Part shown: piece after piece, positions 21,424 through 32,581 of the stretch | How positions within the stretch are numbered: position 1 is the stretch's first letter | Layout: every line of letters starts with the position of its first letter | Assembly (NCBI GenBank): GCA_963708075.1 | Contig: OY970194.1 | Location: 192,001-256,000 of the forward strand | Source of the DNA: Sedimentisphaerales bacterium | GTDB taxonomy: Bacteria > Planctomycetota > Phycisphaerae > Sedimentisphaerales > Anaerobacaceae | Direction: 5' to 3' | Length of the DNA: 64,000 bases | The notes under the pieces: generated by a model | Seen by the model: the letters and a program-made list of their open reading frames with translations, nothing else | Told to the model about the DNA's origin: nothing | The model's database searches: none | Position numbers and translations under genes: made by a program

Positions 21424-21849
21424 CTATGGGTATTCGCTCTGTACCTCCCTCAATATAGAGTCCAGTTCCCCCGCTGGGAATCCGCTCAGACAGTTGCACC
21501 TACCACAGACGAAAGGCAATGTCCCACCGGGAATGGTGGCCATTCCGACCTCGCAAGAAGGGCAATACACGGAGCGTTCATAACCTCCCGAGGGTTTCCG
21601 CTTGAACTTGACGCCTCGGTATTCGACGAACTGGCGGCTCGGCATCTTTTCCTTGAGCATAGATATCTCTTCTCTCGCATTCGCAAGTTCTATCTGAAGA
21701 TCAGCCTTCTCCTTTTCGGCTTTCGCGAGCTCATCTTTCACGAGGCCCAGACGCTCTCTGAGGACAGCGCTTGATCCATGCTCGTTGATCGCTTTTTCGA
21801 GTAGCGACAAAGGATTTAGATTCACGATTGACACCTCAACGTTATTCAA
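21424..21849 (-). CDS. Hypothetical protein, coiled-coil plus CxxC...CxxC zinc ribbon
   Basis: 141-aa ORF in a lower-GC segment; YCPSC and CGRC motifs; start uncertain. Confidence 0.65.
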   Translation of the reverse strand: MNNVEVSIVNLNPLSLLEKAINEHGSSAVLRERLGLVKDELAKAEKEKADLQIELANAREEISMLKEKMPSRQFVEYRGVKFKRKPSGGYERSVYCPSCEVGMATIPGGTLPFVCGRCNCLSGFPAGELDSILREVQSEYP

Positions 21850-21935
21850 CCAAGATCATCAGTTGCATCCATTTATTATTGAACGTTCCCTCCACGTCTT
21901 GGCCACTATGGTCTGTCCTTGGCCCTCACGAAAGC

Positions 21936-22607
21936 CTACTTCACAATACTGACTATGACCGCAATAACCGACACTAGAAAGCTAAGCAGCGAAATCGTGA
22001 GTTCGGGAGTCCACTCAATAGGTTTCCGATCACGAAAGAATATCCTGACAAACGGGAACCACTTTTGCCGATATACCTGGATGCCGATCACAGCGAAGGG
22101 CAGGCAAGCTCCGCTCATCAGACCGCAGACCAGCCAATCCTCCCGGCTGAGCGCGAAACCGCCTAATAGGCCAAACAATAACGCCAGCATACCCAGTGCG
22201 ACAGGCATGATCTGCGGCTTCAGCCACCCGTACCATGGTCGTCGAGTGTCAAAGAAGGTGCGTAGCTGAGCGAGTTTGCCATGGTACCAAGTTGCATCCA
22301 TGGAGTGAATCTGGCAGTCTATATAACTGTGATAGCAGGTGAGATGAAGACCCGCCACGATCTCCTTACCGCTCCAATACTGGACTTCCGCACTAAACTT
22401 GTCTGTGTATGGTGGCAGACCACCTCCCAAAAGATCCGTGAGGGAGTCCGCCTTTTTCCTGGTGGAGCCGAGGGTAAACGAGTACTCTGAGTCCACCTTG
22501 GTAAACGTGCCGCCCTCGGACAACAGGGCAGCCAGAGCGAGCAGGTCGGCATTGTACAACACGGCTGGTCCATACCAGACAATCTCACGCAATTCGGTCC
22601 TTACCAT
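21936..22607 (-). CDS. Hypothetical membrane protein (soluble N-terminal domain plus 3 TM)
   Basis: 223-aa ORF with three C-terminal hydrophobic segments in a lower-GC segment. Confidence 0.65.
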   Translation of the reverse strand: MVRTELREIVWYGPAVLYNADLLALAALLSEGGTFTKVDSEYSFTLGSTRKKADSLTDLLGGGLPPYTDKFSAEVQYWSGKEIVAGLHLTCYHSYIDCQIHSMDATWYHGKLAQLRTFFDTRRPWYGWLKPQIMPVALGMLALLFGLLGGFALSREDWLVCGLMSGACLPFAVIGIQVYRQKWFPFVRIFFRDRKPIEWTPELTISLLSFLVSVIAVIVSIVK

Positions 22608-23297
22608 AGGTCGTTACTCACCCATATATTCGGAGACTAAGGTGCCAGGTACATCGTTCGAACTCACTCCTTGGTCTCCAAAGCTGTCACGCTCGACCTT
22701 GACAAAGGCATTGTAGGCGAGACTTGCGCATGTGGCAAGGAAAAAGGCAATCAAGAAGATGGGGCAATAGATTGCAAGACCCGAGGGTCATCCATATAGG
22801 GTTCTTGGCAAGTAAAAAAACACTCTCTTTGAACCGAAAAATCTACCCCTATGAAACATCCGTATTTCGGTCTGCTTGTGTCTGCTGTTGTGCAGCGTGA
22901 CACTAACCTATCGAAACGTCCAGGCTCCATCGCCCTTTTTCGCTCCTGCGAAGTTCGTTGGAGCAACGTGTCGAGTCCGCCGGCCGAAACAGAGGTGGGG
23001 GTCAACAGAGGTGGGGGTCAGACCTACGCATTTCACATTCTGGGAACTCGGGGACATGTGTGAGCAAGCCGTTGTCAAGACGGTCGCGGGATTTTTTCGC
23101 GGAAGTCCCAAACATCTATTCGGCGTCACGCGGTTATGGCCTCGCAAGACCAGACCATGGCTGGGCCGTGTTTCCCTTCTCAGGCCGTCTCCAGGAGATA
23201 CTTGCGGGGCGTGCCCGGCCCTTGCCGCGTGATGTGACCTAGGGCAATCGCCTGTGCGTCATCGGCTTGGTGAGGGGAGTTCGGAGTAGGGCTGTTT

Positions 23298-23452
23298 GGA
23301 GTTCCGCCTTCAGGCGGGTCAGACAGTCCGGCCTTCCTCTTCCCTCCCACGGTTGCAGATGTGGAGCCGGCTGCGCCGGAAGACTCCCCAAACCGCCTAA
23401 AGGCGGAACTCCGAACGGAAAGACTCTCTGGCCCGCGTAAACGCGGTACTCC
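23298..23452. repeat. REP-like inverted pair GGAGTTCCGCCTTCAGGCGG / CCGCCTAAAGGCGGAACTCC
   Basis: Short palindromes in inverted arrangement, plus the variant CCGCGTAAACGCGGTACTCC. Confidence 0.7.
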
Positions 23453-23555
23453 AAACGCGAAGTCCATGCTCACATGCGATTGCTCTGGATCCCCACCCCG
23501 GGGATCGTCCGGCACATTTCAAAGGAGGAAGCAAACGCGATGTGTTGGCGGCTCC

Positions 23556-23828
23556 TCTTTCGTCCCTCACGGGACTGGTTTTATCCTTTGGCCCCGACTA
23601 CCCAGCGATAAATCGCTGGGCTATTGTCTTGCGCCCTACGGGCTTGGGTGGCCTGCCCCGTTCTCTTGCGTCGGCTCCATCCGCCCCGCAGGGGCGAGCG
23701 GCAATAGCCCACCGTTTCAACGGTGGGTGTCGATAGCCCATCATCTCCCAAAGCCCCGTAGGGGCGGCAGAAGACCACCAACGCGATGCATCCCTCTGTC
23801 GCGTGTGGTCGGAATCCGCCACCGAAAG
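23556..23828. repeat. Composite REP element family A, copy 2
   Basis: Same hairpin series as 16474-16862. Confidence 0.85.
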
Positions 23829-23937
23829 CCGGGCGCACCCGCCATTTTGCAGAACTCCACTTATTCATTGACAAAATCTGGTCGAAGATTAGGATAGAGA
23901 AGTGATACATCATACGAGTAGATAACGACTTAACGCT

Positions 23938-26063
23938 ATGCCACAGGCAAACGGTCAAGGGCCGGCCAGGGCTTTTTTCGAACGAGCACGCCAGGCCGCC
24001 GAGGCGGGGGACTACGACCGGGCTTTTGACGCGTACCTTCAGGGCATTCGCCATACGCCGGATGCCGTTTCGGAGGGACACATCGAGCTCCGCGTTCTCG
24101 CTCTGCGCCGACAGCAGCAGGGCGGGGCCAGGCCTTCGGAGGACGAGGCCAATCAGCGGCTGTCCGAGGGACGCACGCCCCTGGAGAAGCTGCTCAATGC
24201 CGAGTACTTGCTCGCCAAGGACCCTGAGAACCTGGTGTATGGCGAGGCCGTGCTGCGAGCTGCCGTGGCGGGGGGATACCGGCAGGCCGCCGGCTGGATG
24301 GCCGATCTGATGTTCCTGGCCAATAATAACGCCAAGAAACCCTCTGTGCCGCTGTATATCCTGTTGAAGGACTCGTATGCGTCGATCGGTCAGATGGATC
24401 GGGCGGCGGCCGCCTGCCAGAGGGCACTGCGGCTGAAGCCGGGCGATGACAAACTGACGGCCGACCTCAAGCAACTCAAGGCCAGGCTGTCCGCCGGTGG
24501 ACGCAGGATCACCCGGCAGGCAGCGGCACCTCCCGGGGATACGAGCGGTGCCAAATCGCAAAAGGCAAGCGTGCCGGTGGGCGATCTTGACGCATCTGCG
24601 GGCGCTCTGGTCACGGAAGCCATGCGGGCGGCGGCTGTGGGCGCGGCGACGGAGCAGAATATGGCGGAGGCGACGGCATTTTTTGGAAAGGCCAAAGCCG
24701 CGGCCGAGGGCAAGAACTACGATTATGCGATAAATCTGTACCTGGAAGGGCTGCAACGGGCCCCGGAGGCGCTGGAGGAGGGCCATCTGCCCTTGTGCGA
24801 GTTGGGGCTGCAGCGGCGCGGCAAGGGCGGCAAGAAACCATCCATGGTCGAGCGGGTCAAGCGGATGCGCGGCAAGAACCCGCTGGAGCAGATGCTCAAT
24901 GCGGAATACCTTTTCGTAAAGGACCCCGACCATCTGTCGTACGCGGAGGCTATGCTCAAGGCGGCTATCGACGGCGGCTTCAACAAAACGGCCCATTGGA
25001 TCGCCAACCTGATCTTCCAGACCAACAATGCGATTGAGAAACCCTCACTGCAGACCTATCTCTTGCTCAAGAGCTCTACGCGGCGCTTGGACAGTACGAC
25101 AAGGCGGTGGCGGCCTGTCAGCGCGCGTGCCGGATGAAGCCTGAAAGCAAAGAACTGGCCGATGAGTACAAGAACCTCTCCGCCGAGCTGACGATGTCCA
25201 AGGGCAAGTACGACGTGAACGGCGATTTCCGCCAGTCGATCCGGGACCGCGATACGCAAGCCAAGCTCTACGCGCAGGATCGCATCATCAAGACCGAGGA
25301 TTACCGCACGTCGGCCGTGGAGGACGCGCGGAGGGCCTATGCCCGCGACCCGGATCAGCCCCGGCACATCTTCACTCTCGCCGATACCCTGGCGGACCTG
25401 GAGACGGACCAGGCGGAGAATGAGGCGATCCACCTGCTGGACAACGCCTACGGGATTCATAAGGACTTCAATTTCAAGGAGAAGGCCGGCCTGCTGAGGA
25501 TCCGGCAGATCAAGCGGAAACTGCGGGAAGCGAGAAAGCAGGATGAAGCGCAGCCGGACGATGCCAGGGCCAGGGCACGCGTGGAAGAGGTGGTCGCTGC
25601 CCTCAATAGCGCCGAGGCGGAGCATTACCGGCTCTGTGTCGAGCACTACCCGACCGACCTGGCGATGAAGTATGAGTACGCGGTCCGGCTGATGCGGGCA
25701 AAGCGGTTCAATGAGGCGATCCCCCTGTTCCAGGATGCCCAGAAGGACCCCAGGCACAAGATCCCCGCCATGGACAAGATCGGCTATTGCTTCTTCATGA
25801 AGGGCTGGTATGCCGATGCCGTGGATGTCTTCCTGCGGGCGATTGAATCCTACGAAATAAATGATGATGCAATTGCCAAGGACTTGCGGTATAATCTGGC
25901 TCGTGCGTACGAAGAGCAGGGCGAAAAAGAAAAGGCCCTGGATGTCTATCGCAAGATCGCACAGTCGGACTTCGGCTACAAGGACGTCAGCGAACGGGTG
26001 GACCGGCTGCGGGCGGACCCGAAGAAGGCCGGTCCCGGAGCGGGAACCTCCGCCGACGCGTAG
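23938..26063 (+). CDS. Tetratricopeptide-repeat protein with duplicated N-terminal module; single frameshift at ~25076
   Basis: Two PLE.LLNAEYL..KDP modules; adding one base gives LLKSSYAALGQYDKAVAACQRA, matching the first module and joining the 25107-26063 TPR ORF. Confidence 0.82.
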
Positions 26064-26144
26064 TCGTTTGTCCCGTAGTTCAGGTGGACCAACCTCTCAG
26101 TAAGTGTTGTTTGATAGTCGTGTTGAGATATTCAGGAGAACGAA

Positions 26145-26429
26145 GTGGCACATTCTTTATCGGCAAAGAAGAGAGTGAGACAGAACACCAAGCGGCGTGG
26201 GACCAACCGGGCCCGAAGAAGCGAAGTCAAGACCTTGATCAAGCGTTTTGAGACGACCATGGGCGAGGGTAACGCAAAAACCGCGGACGAGGAGCTCCAC
26301 GCCATTGTCAGAAAGCTGGACAAGGTGGCCAATACGAGCACGATGCATAAGAAGACGGCCGCCCGCAAGAAGTCGCGCCTGACCAAGCGGCTGAACGCCC
26401 TGAAGGCCAAGCCGGCCGCTTCCGCCTGA
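26145..26429 (+). CDS. rpsT: 30S ribosomal protein S20
   Basis: SAKKRVRQN...HKKTAARKKSRL; GTG start with AGGAG RBS. Confidence 0.96.
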   Translation: MAHSLSAKKRVRQNTKRRGTNRARRSEVKTLIKRFETTMGEGNAKTADEELHAIVRKLDKVANTSTMHKKTAARKKSRLTKRLNALKAKPAASA

Positions 26430-26558
26430 GCACCCACACCGCGGCGGTTGCCTCACCGGTGCGTTGCCGTTAAGAGGGCAGACAGTAGACGATACTGCGA
26501 AATCAGCAGCACTCAGTCGGTTGGAATATCGACTGCGTGCTGCTTTCGTTGGTGAGCT

Positions 26559-28769
26559 ATGCCGAAAGTGTACAAGGATCGGATCCTCAAGTTCCTCAAG
26601 CACCCCGAGTACCGGCCGCTGAAGCTGGCGCAACTGGCCGAGTCTCTGGGCGTGGGTCCGGACGCCTACCCCCAGTTCAAGCAGGCGTTCGATGAGCTGC
26701 GACAGGCCGGGCACGTCATCATCGGAGCGGGAAACGTGATCACGCTGCCTGCCATGGCGGGTCAGGTGGTCGGCCGCTTCCGGGCCAACCCGAAGGGCTT
26801 TGGCTTCGTGATCCCCCTCGAGCCGAACGCGCACGGCGATCTGTTCGTTCCGCCGGATGACACGGGGGACGCCATGACCGGCGACACCGTGCTCGCGAGA
26901 GTCAAGCGAAAGGGCGGACGCGGCGCCGAGGCCCGCCACACCGGCGAAATCCTCAAGGTCCTGGAGAGAGCGAACAACCGGTTTGTCGGCACGCTGATGC
27001 GTCACCCCGAGGCGTGGGTGGTCCAGCCGGACGGCAGCAGTTTCATCGAGCCGATTGTTGTCGAGGATGTCACCGCCAAGAACGCCCGGGAAAAAGACAA
27101 GGTAATCGTCGAGATTCTCTCTTACCCGACGGGGCGGCACCCGGCCCGGGGCGTGATCATCGAGGTCCTCGGCCGGGCAGGGCACTATGATGCGGAGATC
27201 GAGTCGGTCATTCACCAGTACCATCTGCCGCAGGACTTCCCTCCCGAGTGCCTGGAGCAGGCGCGCCACGCGGCGGCAACCTTCGCGCCCGAGTTGCCTG
27301 ACGGCCGCGAGGACATCTCGAACAAGGTGATCGTCACGATCGATCCGCCCGAAGCCAAGGATTTCGACGACGCGATCAGCCTGGAGACGGATTCGCAGGG
27401 CCGCTGGGTCCTGGGCGTGCACATCGCGGACGTCAGTCACTTTGTCACGGCGGGCTCGCCGCTGGACGAGGAGGCTACGCTGCGGGGCAACAGCGCGTAC
27501 CTGCCGGGCCGGACGATCCCCATGCTGCCGGAGGTGCTCAGCAACGGCATTTGCAGCTTGCAGCCGGACCAGCCGCGATTCGTCAAGAGCGCGTACATGA
27601 CGTACGACGATCGCGGCGATGTCGTGTCACGCCGCTATGCGAACAGCATCATACGCTCCACGGCCCGGCTGACGTACGAGCAGGCGGATCGGATTCTCAA
27701 AGGCCACACCAAGGGCATGAAGCGGGAAGTGATTGAGCTGCTCCGCAATATGGAGTCGCTCAGCCGGCGGATCGAGGCCCGCCGCTATGAGCAGGGCATG
27801 CTGCACCTGGACCTGCCGGAGACGGAGCTTGTTTACGATGCATCCGGTCAGGTCGTCGACGCCCACCCGGCCGATGCCAGCTATCCTCATACGATCATCG
27901 AGATGTTCATGGTGGAGGCGAATGAGGCGGTGGCCTCGCTGCTGGATCGGCACAATGTCCCCTTCATGCGGCGGATTCATCCGGACCCGGATGCACTGAG
28001 CATGAAGAACCTTGCGAAGCTGCTGTACATCATGGGCCTGCCGATCCCCCGCAATCCCACGCGAAAAACGATCCAGGACCTGCTCGAATCGGTCCGGGGA
28101 ACCGATCGGTCGCTGGCCGTGAACATGGTTGTGCTGAGGAGTTTCGAGAGGGCCCAGTACGCGCCGCAGAACATCGGGCACTATGCCCTTGCTTCGAGGC
28201 ACTACTGTCACTTCACCAGCCCCATCCGCCGTTACGCCGACCTGCTCGTCCACAGGTTGCTGCAACGCCACTTGGAGGGCAGCATGGAAATCGCCAAACA
28301 GGAGACGGCGGGGCAGGACCTGGGCGAGGTGGGCGGGCATCTCACCTTCACCGAGCAACGCGCGGAGGATGCCGAGAAGGAACTGACCACGGTGCTGGTC
28401 CTTCAGATGCTCAGCAAGCGGATCGGCGAGGAACTGGACTGCGTCGTCACCGGGCTGACAGGGTTCGGCGTGTTCGCACAGTCGCAGAAATTCGGAATCG
28501 AAGGCTTGATCCGGCTGGAAGACCTCGGTCCGGACCACTGGCAGTATAATCAGAAGGCACAGTGCGTTATGGGACGGACCTCGGGCCAGGCCATCCGCCT
28601 GGGCCAGGCGATCCGGGTCCATGTCGCCTCGGTGAACGTGCCGGGCCGCCAACTGAACCTGATGCCGGTGGAGCCCCTCGGCGAAACCGGCCGCAAAACC
28701 CATCGGCAGGCTCGCAAAACGCGGAAGAGCAAACCCCGTGAAGGACGAAAACGCAAAGGTAGGCGATAG
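26559..28769 (+). CDS. rnr: Ribonuclease R
   Basis: GFGFV cold-shock domain, TIDP..AKDFDDAIS, HFTSPIRRYADL, S1 domain, basic tail. Confidence 0.96.
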   Translation: MPKVYKDRILKFLKHPEYRPLKLAQLAESLGVGPDAYPQFKQAFDELRQAGHVIIGAGNVITLPAMAGQVVGRFRANPKGFGFVIPLEPNAHGDLFVPPDDTGDAMTGDTVLARVKRKGGRGAEARHTGEILKVLERANNRFVGTLMRHPEAWVVQPDGSSFIEPIVVEDVTAKNAREKDKVIVEILSYPTGRHPARGVIIEVLGRAGHYDAEIESVIHQYHLPQDFPPECLEQARHAAATFAPELPDGREDISNKVIVTIDPPEAKDFDDAISLETDSQGRWVLGVHIADVSHFVTAGSPLDEEATLRGNSAYLPGRTIPMLPEVLSNGICSLQPDQPRFVKSAYMTYDDRGDVVSRRYANSIIRSTARLTYEQADRILKGHTKGMKREVIELLRNMESLSRRIEARRYEQGMLHLDLPETELVYDASGQVVDAHPADASYPHTIIEMFMVEANEAVASLLDRHNVPFMRRIHPDPDALSMKNLAKLLYIMGLPIPRNPTRKTIQDLLESVRGTDRSLAVNMVVLRSFERAQYAPQNIGHYALASRHYCHFTSPIRRYADLLVHRLLQRHLEGSMEIAKQETAGQDLGEVGGHLTFTEQRAEDAEKELTTVLVLQMLSKRIGEELDCVVTGLTGFGVFAQSQKFGIEGLIRLEDLGPDHWQYNQKAQCVMGRTSGQAIRLGQAIRVHVASVNVPGRQLNLMPVEPLGETGRKTHRQARKTRKSKPREGRKRKGRR

Positions 28770-28789
28770 GGCCAAGGGGTGCGGCCGAC

Positions 28790-29105
28790 ATTCGGTGGCG
28801 GGTTCCGATTCCACCGGACCCAAGAGCGCACCCTGGTCTTCTGTCGCCCCTGCGGGGCTTTGACATAGGATTGGCTATCGGCACCCACCGTTGAAACGGT
28901 GGGCTAGTGCCGATCGCCCCTGTGGGGCGGATGGGCTGACGCAGGAGGACTGGGGCGCAGTCGAAGCCCGCAGGGCGACAGAGAATAGCCCAGCGATTCA
29001 TCGCTGGGGAACCGGGGCCAAGGATAAAAACCAGTCCCGTAAGGGACGAAAGAGGGGCGATCCGCACACGGTGGCTACACGCCGCCACCGTATTCCGACC
29101 ACATC
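28790..29105. repeat. Composite REP element family A, copy 3 (inverted)
   Basis: CCCACCGTTGAAACGGTGGG, CCCAGCGATTCATCGCTGGG, GTCCCGTAAGGGAC. Confidence 0.85.
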
Positions 29106-29298
29106 CGGGCCAAGATTCGCGGGCCCTCGGCAAAGGGCCATCTACGTGACTTCCATTGCTCGTCCCGCCGGACTCGTGTGCCAGGGACTCCCCCTTGAAT
29201 TCTATTGTAGTTCTATTTGAACATTTGTATGACTTCTGGTATAATGTGGGCTCTGTGGGAGGTCTGGGTAATGTTTGGTGACCCTGGAGGAGTATGAA

Positions 29299-31176
29299 AT
29301 GCGGCAGTGTCTGCCCGTGCTGCTGTCCTTGCTGGCTTGCTTTGTCCCTGTGCGGGCGGCGAGTCCGACCCGTTTCCCGTACTCTCATCTGGACGCTGCA
29401 AACGACATTCAAGCGAATTCCACGACCCTGACAGGGGTGATCCACGTGGATGACGACGCTCCGAATGATCCGGGGCCGGGCAACGTGGAGGTGAGTGACC
29501 CACAAGAGAATGGAACGCGTGAGCACCCATTTGACCGGATTCAGGAAGCGATTGAGGCCGCTGTGGATCGGGCGTCAATCTTCGTCCGCGCTGGGACCTA
29601 TCGCGAGACTATCGATCTGCTCGGCAAGCGCATTACGCTGACGGGATTCGATCCGAATGACCCGGGTGCCGCGGCATGGCCCGTGATTGATGGCGGCGGG
29701 GCTGGTCCGGTGGTGAGTTTCACCCACAGTGAAGATGCCAACTGCGTATTGTCCGGCTTTGTCATCACGGGGGGGCAGGACCAAACCGCCGGGGCAATCC
29801 TCTGTTCCGCCGGCAGTCCCACGATTGCCAACTGCCTGGTCGTGGGCAACCGCGCGACCCATCCGAAAGGGGCGGCGGTGTACTGCATGGACAGCGATCC
29901 GACGTTCGTAAACTGCACGATCAGCGGCAATCATGTGAGCGGTGAGAGCGCGACGATGCGATTCATTAACAGCCGGGCGGTTGTGGCCAACTCGATTGTC
30001 TGGGGCAACACGTCGGCGGCGATTCTGACCAGTGGCGATCGCCGGCCTCTGATTCGCTACAGCGCCGTGGCGGGCGGGTGGCAGGGGCCGGGCTGTATCG
30101 ACGCCGACCCCCTGTTTGCTCGTGCCGGCTATTGGGCGGTCCCCGGCCAACTCGATGTAATGGCTGGGCCGGATATTCCCGATGCCGTCTGGATCATGGG
30201 CGACTATCACCTGCGATCACAGATGGGCCGCTATGACCCCAAGCCAGGCAAGTGGGTTCCGGATCAGGAGACCAGCCCGTGTATCGATGCCGGCGATCCG
30301 TGCAGTCCGGTCGGCCCGGAGCCTTCTCCAAACGGCGGCCTCGTCAACATGGGGGTCTATGGAGGTACAACGGAGGCAAGCAAATCCTGGTCTGACGGCC
30401 CAGTTCATTTTCCGGACGCGAATCTGAAGGCGGCTGTGGAGCAGGAGTTGTGGATTCCCGACCCGACGCCGACGGACATGCTCGGCCTGACGCAGTTGGT
30501 CCGCCCCAACTCCTACATACGGGAGAACGCGGTTACGAACCTTGCCGGGCTTGAATATGCCGTCAATTTGCAGGAGTTGAACCTCCGATATCACGGTATT
30601 CGCGATATCTCCGCCCTGTCCGGACTGAGAAGTCTGCACACGGTGCTCCTCCTGGGCAACTACGTCCGCGATGTCTCCTCGCTGGCCGGGCTGAGCGATC
30701 TGCGAACGCTGGACCTTGAACAGAACGAGATCACCAGTATCGCGGTCCTGGCCCGACTGAGCAACCTGGAGTCCATCGGTCTTCACAGGAATTTCGTCAG
30801 CGACATCTCGCCGCTGTCGAACCTGACCCGTCTCCAGTGGGTCGATCTTCGGGCCATTCCCATGAATCAGGATGCCTACAGCACGTACCTGCCGCGGATT
30901 CAAGCGAACAATCCGGGTGTGACATTGCTCTACGACGCGTTCTTCACCGGCCGGCTGGTGGTCTCTTCCTCCGCCGGGGGATCGGTGATCCGCCCGGGCG
31001 TGGGCGCGTTCACCTACAGGTTCTACGAAGAAGTCGTGCTGGAAGCGGGAGCCGATCCCGGCTTTGAATTCGTCGGCTGGTCCGGCAGTTACTCCGCGAC
31101 GGAAAACCCCCTGTCACTGACAATGGACCAGGACTACGAGCTGCGGGCGAATTTCCAGCCTGACCCGAACCCATAG
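29299..31176 (+). CDS. Secreted protein with right-handed beta-helix, internalin-like LRRs and C-terminal InlB B-repeat-like domain
   Basis: Signal peptide, IQEAI..A, DYHL.S..SPCIDAGDP, L..L.L..N.I.DI repeats, GFEFVGWSG. Confidence 0.82.
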   Translation: MRQCLPVLLSLLACFVPVRAASPTRFPYSHLDAANDIQANSTTLTGVIHVDDDAPNDPGPGNVEVSDPQENGTREHPFDRIQEAIEAAVDRASIFVRAGTYRETIDLLGKRITLTGFDPNDPGAAAWPVIDGGGAGPVVSFTHSEDANCVLSGFVITGGQDQTAGAILCSAGSPTIANCLVVGNRATHPKGAAVYCMDSDPTFVNCTISGNHVSGESATMRFINSRAVVANSIVWGNTSAAILTSGDRRPLIRYSAVAGGWQGPGCIDADPLFARAGYWAVPGQLDVMAGPDIPDAVWIMGDYHLRSQMGRYDPKPGKWVPDQETSPCIDAGDPCSPVGPEPSPNGGLVNMGVYGGTTEASKSWSDGPVHFPDANLKAAVEQELWIPDPTPTDMLGLTQLVRPNSYIRENAVTNLAGLEYAVNLQELNLRYHGIRDISALSGLRSLHTVLLLGNYVRDVSSLAGLSDLRTLDLEQNEITSIAVLARLSNLESIGLHRNFVSDISPLSNLTRLQWVDLRAIPMNQDAYSTYLPRIQANNPGVTLLYDAFFTGRLVVSSSAGGSVIRPGVGAFTYRFYEEVVLEAGADPGFEFVGWSGSYSATENPLSLTMDQDYELRANFQPDPNP

Positions 31177-31255
31177 GGACAAGGTTGGTCGCGCCCCGGG
31201 TGCTCATTCTTCTCTGCGGTTGCAGAACTTCACCCAATCACACACGCTGGAGGCG

Positions 31256-32170
31256 TCACGGAGTGGGATATTTGACGGAGCAGCCGTAGGACTGGGTCTT
31301 CGGGGTGCTCACACGCTGGCCCGACGTCAACTCGGACAGGGCCTTGTCCACGTAGTTGACCTTGTCGCTGCCGTCGATCGTCTTGCCGTTCGGGGCGTTG
31401 TCGATCGCGCCGTCGTAAACCACGAAGCCGTCCTTGATGATAAAGATGTGGGGCGTCGTGATGGCGCCGTACTTGCGTCCCACATTGCCCGACCTGTCAT
31501 CGAGGATCGGGTACGGCAGCTTGTTCTTCTTGGCGAAGGCCCGGTTGGCTTCGGGGGTCGTCTGACTCGTGCCGTTGATGGCAAACCAGACGACGTTCTT
31601 GTCCTTGTATTTCCTGGCCAGCTCGATCATCGTAGCGGCCTTGTCGTAGTGATACTGCACGAAGGGACAGTCCAGATTGATCCATTCGAGGACGACGATG
31701 TTGCCTTTGTAGTCTGAGAGTTTCACCTTCCTGCCTTCAAAGCTGTTCAGCTCGAAGTCAGAGGCGCGTCGGCCCTGCGGAACCGCTCCCGGGGCGTTGC
31801 CGCCGCTCTCCTTGAGCGCCTTTTGCATCTGTTGCTGCTGCAACTCCAGTTGCTGCAGCTTCTCCTGGTAGTTCTGCTGTTGTCTGCTGATAAGCTTGTC
31901 GATCTGAGTGGCGGTCTCTTTGGCGTTCTCCTTGACCGCTGCCGCCCGGATCGTGCGCAAGTCCGCGATCAGGTCCTGATGAGCGGCCCTCAGGTCCTCC
32001 ATCTGCTTCTGCAATTTCTGGGCAATCTGTCCCTGCTCGGCCCCTCGACGCTCGATGGTGGGCCGGGGCCCTCGTTCGCGCCCAGCGGGTGTTTTCTTGG
32101 TCGTCTCCTGCCCAATGCCCGTCGAAGCCATCGCTACAGCCAGTAATAGAGCTATCGAAATCCTTCTCAT
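31256..32170 (-). CDS. Exported redoxin (AhpC/TSA-like) protein with coiled-coil N-terminus
   Basis: LSDYKG.IVVLEW.N.DCPFV, YGA.TTPHIF, YDGAIDN, YGCSVKY. Confidence 0.85.
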   Translation of the reverse strand: MRRISIALLLAVAMASTGIGQETTKKTPAGRERGPRPTIERRGAEQGQIAQKLQKQMEDLRAAHQDLIADLRTIRAAAVKENAKETATQIDKLISRQQQNYQEKLQQLELQQQQMQKALKESGGNAPGAVPQGRRASDFELNSFEGRKVKLSDYKGNIVVLEWINLDCPFVQYHYDKAATMIELARKYKDKNVVWFAINGTSQTTPEANRAFAKKNKLPYPILDDRSGNVGRKYGAITTPHIFIIKDGFVVYDGAIDNAPNGKTIDGSDKVNYVDKALSELTSGQRVSTPKTQSYGCSVKYPTP

Positions 32171-32340
32171 AGTACGTACTCCTAACCAAACACTCATATG
32201 CAGCGCACCGTGGATACTCCATCATACACGGCGAGCCATGCCCCTCAAGTCTACCATGCCGGCGCAGAAGTGCAACTGGGCTTTTACCCAGTTTGACAGG
32301 ACGTATGCCGGGTACTTGTGAAGACTCACGACATGAAGGA

Positions 32341-32572
32341 CGGGTGGCAGCGGCAAGCGGAGCCGTTCATGGGCCTTCGGCGCACCCGAAGAGGATGAAA
32401 ATGGCATGCTCTTCGTAGGTCGTGCGTCCTCGCACGACCCTGGGCGAGCGGGGACGCTCGCCCTACGCGGAGATCTGTCCGGCGTATTTTCAGAGGAGTC
32501 TGCGGAGCTTGCCTGTGGTGTTCCGCAGTATATGTAAGCCATCGGCAAGCTGCGCTTGCCGCTGCCACCCGT
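32341..32572. repeat. REP-like inverted pair GGGTGGCAGCGGCAAGC / GCTTGCCGCTGCCACCC with nested GTAG-type REPs
   Basis: Same pair at 37259-37347; related units at ~48809; inner CTTCGTAGGTCGTGCGTCC.CGCACGACC also at ~16319. Confidence 0.8.
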
Positions 32573-32581
32573 CACCCATCT

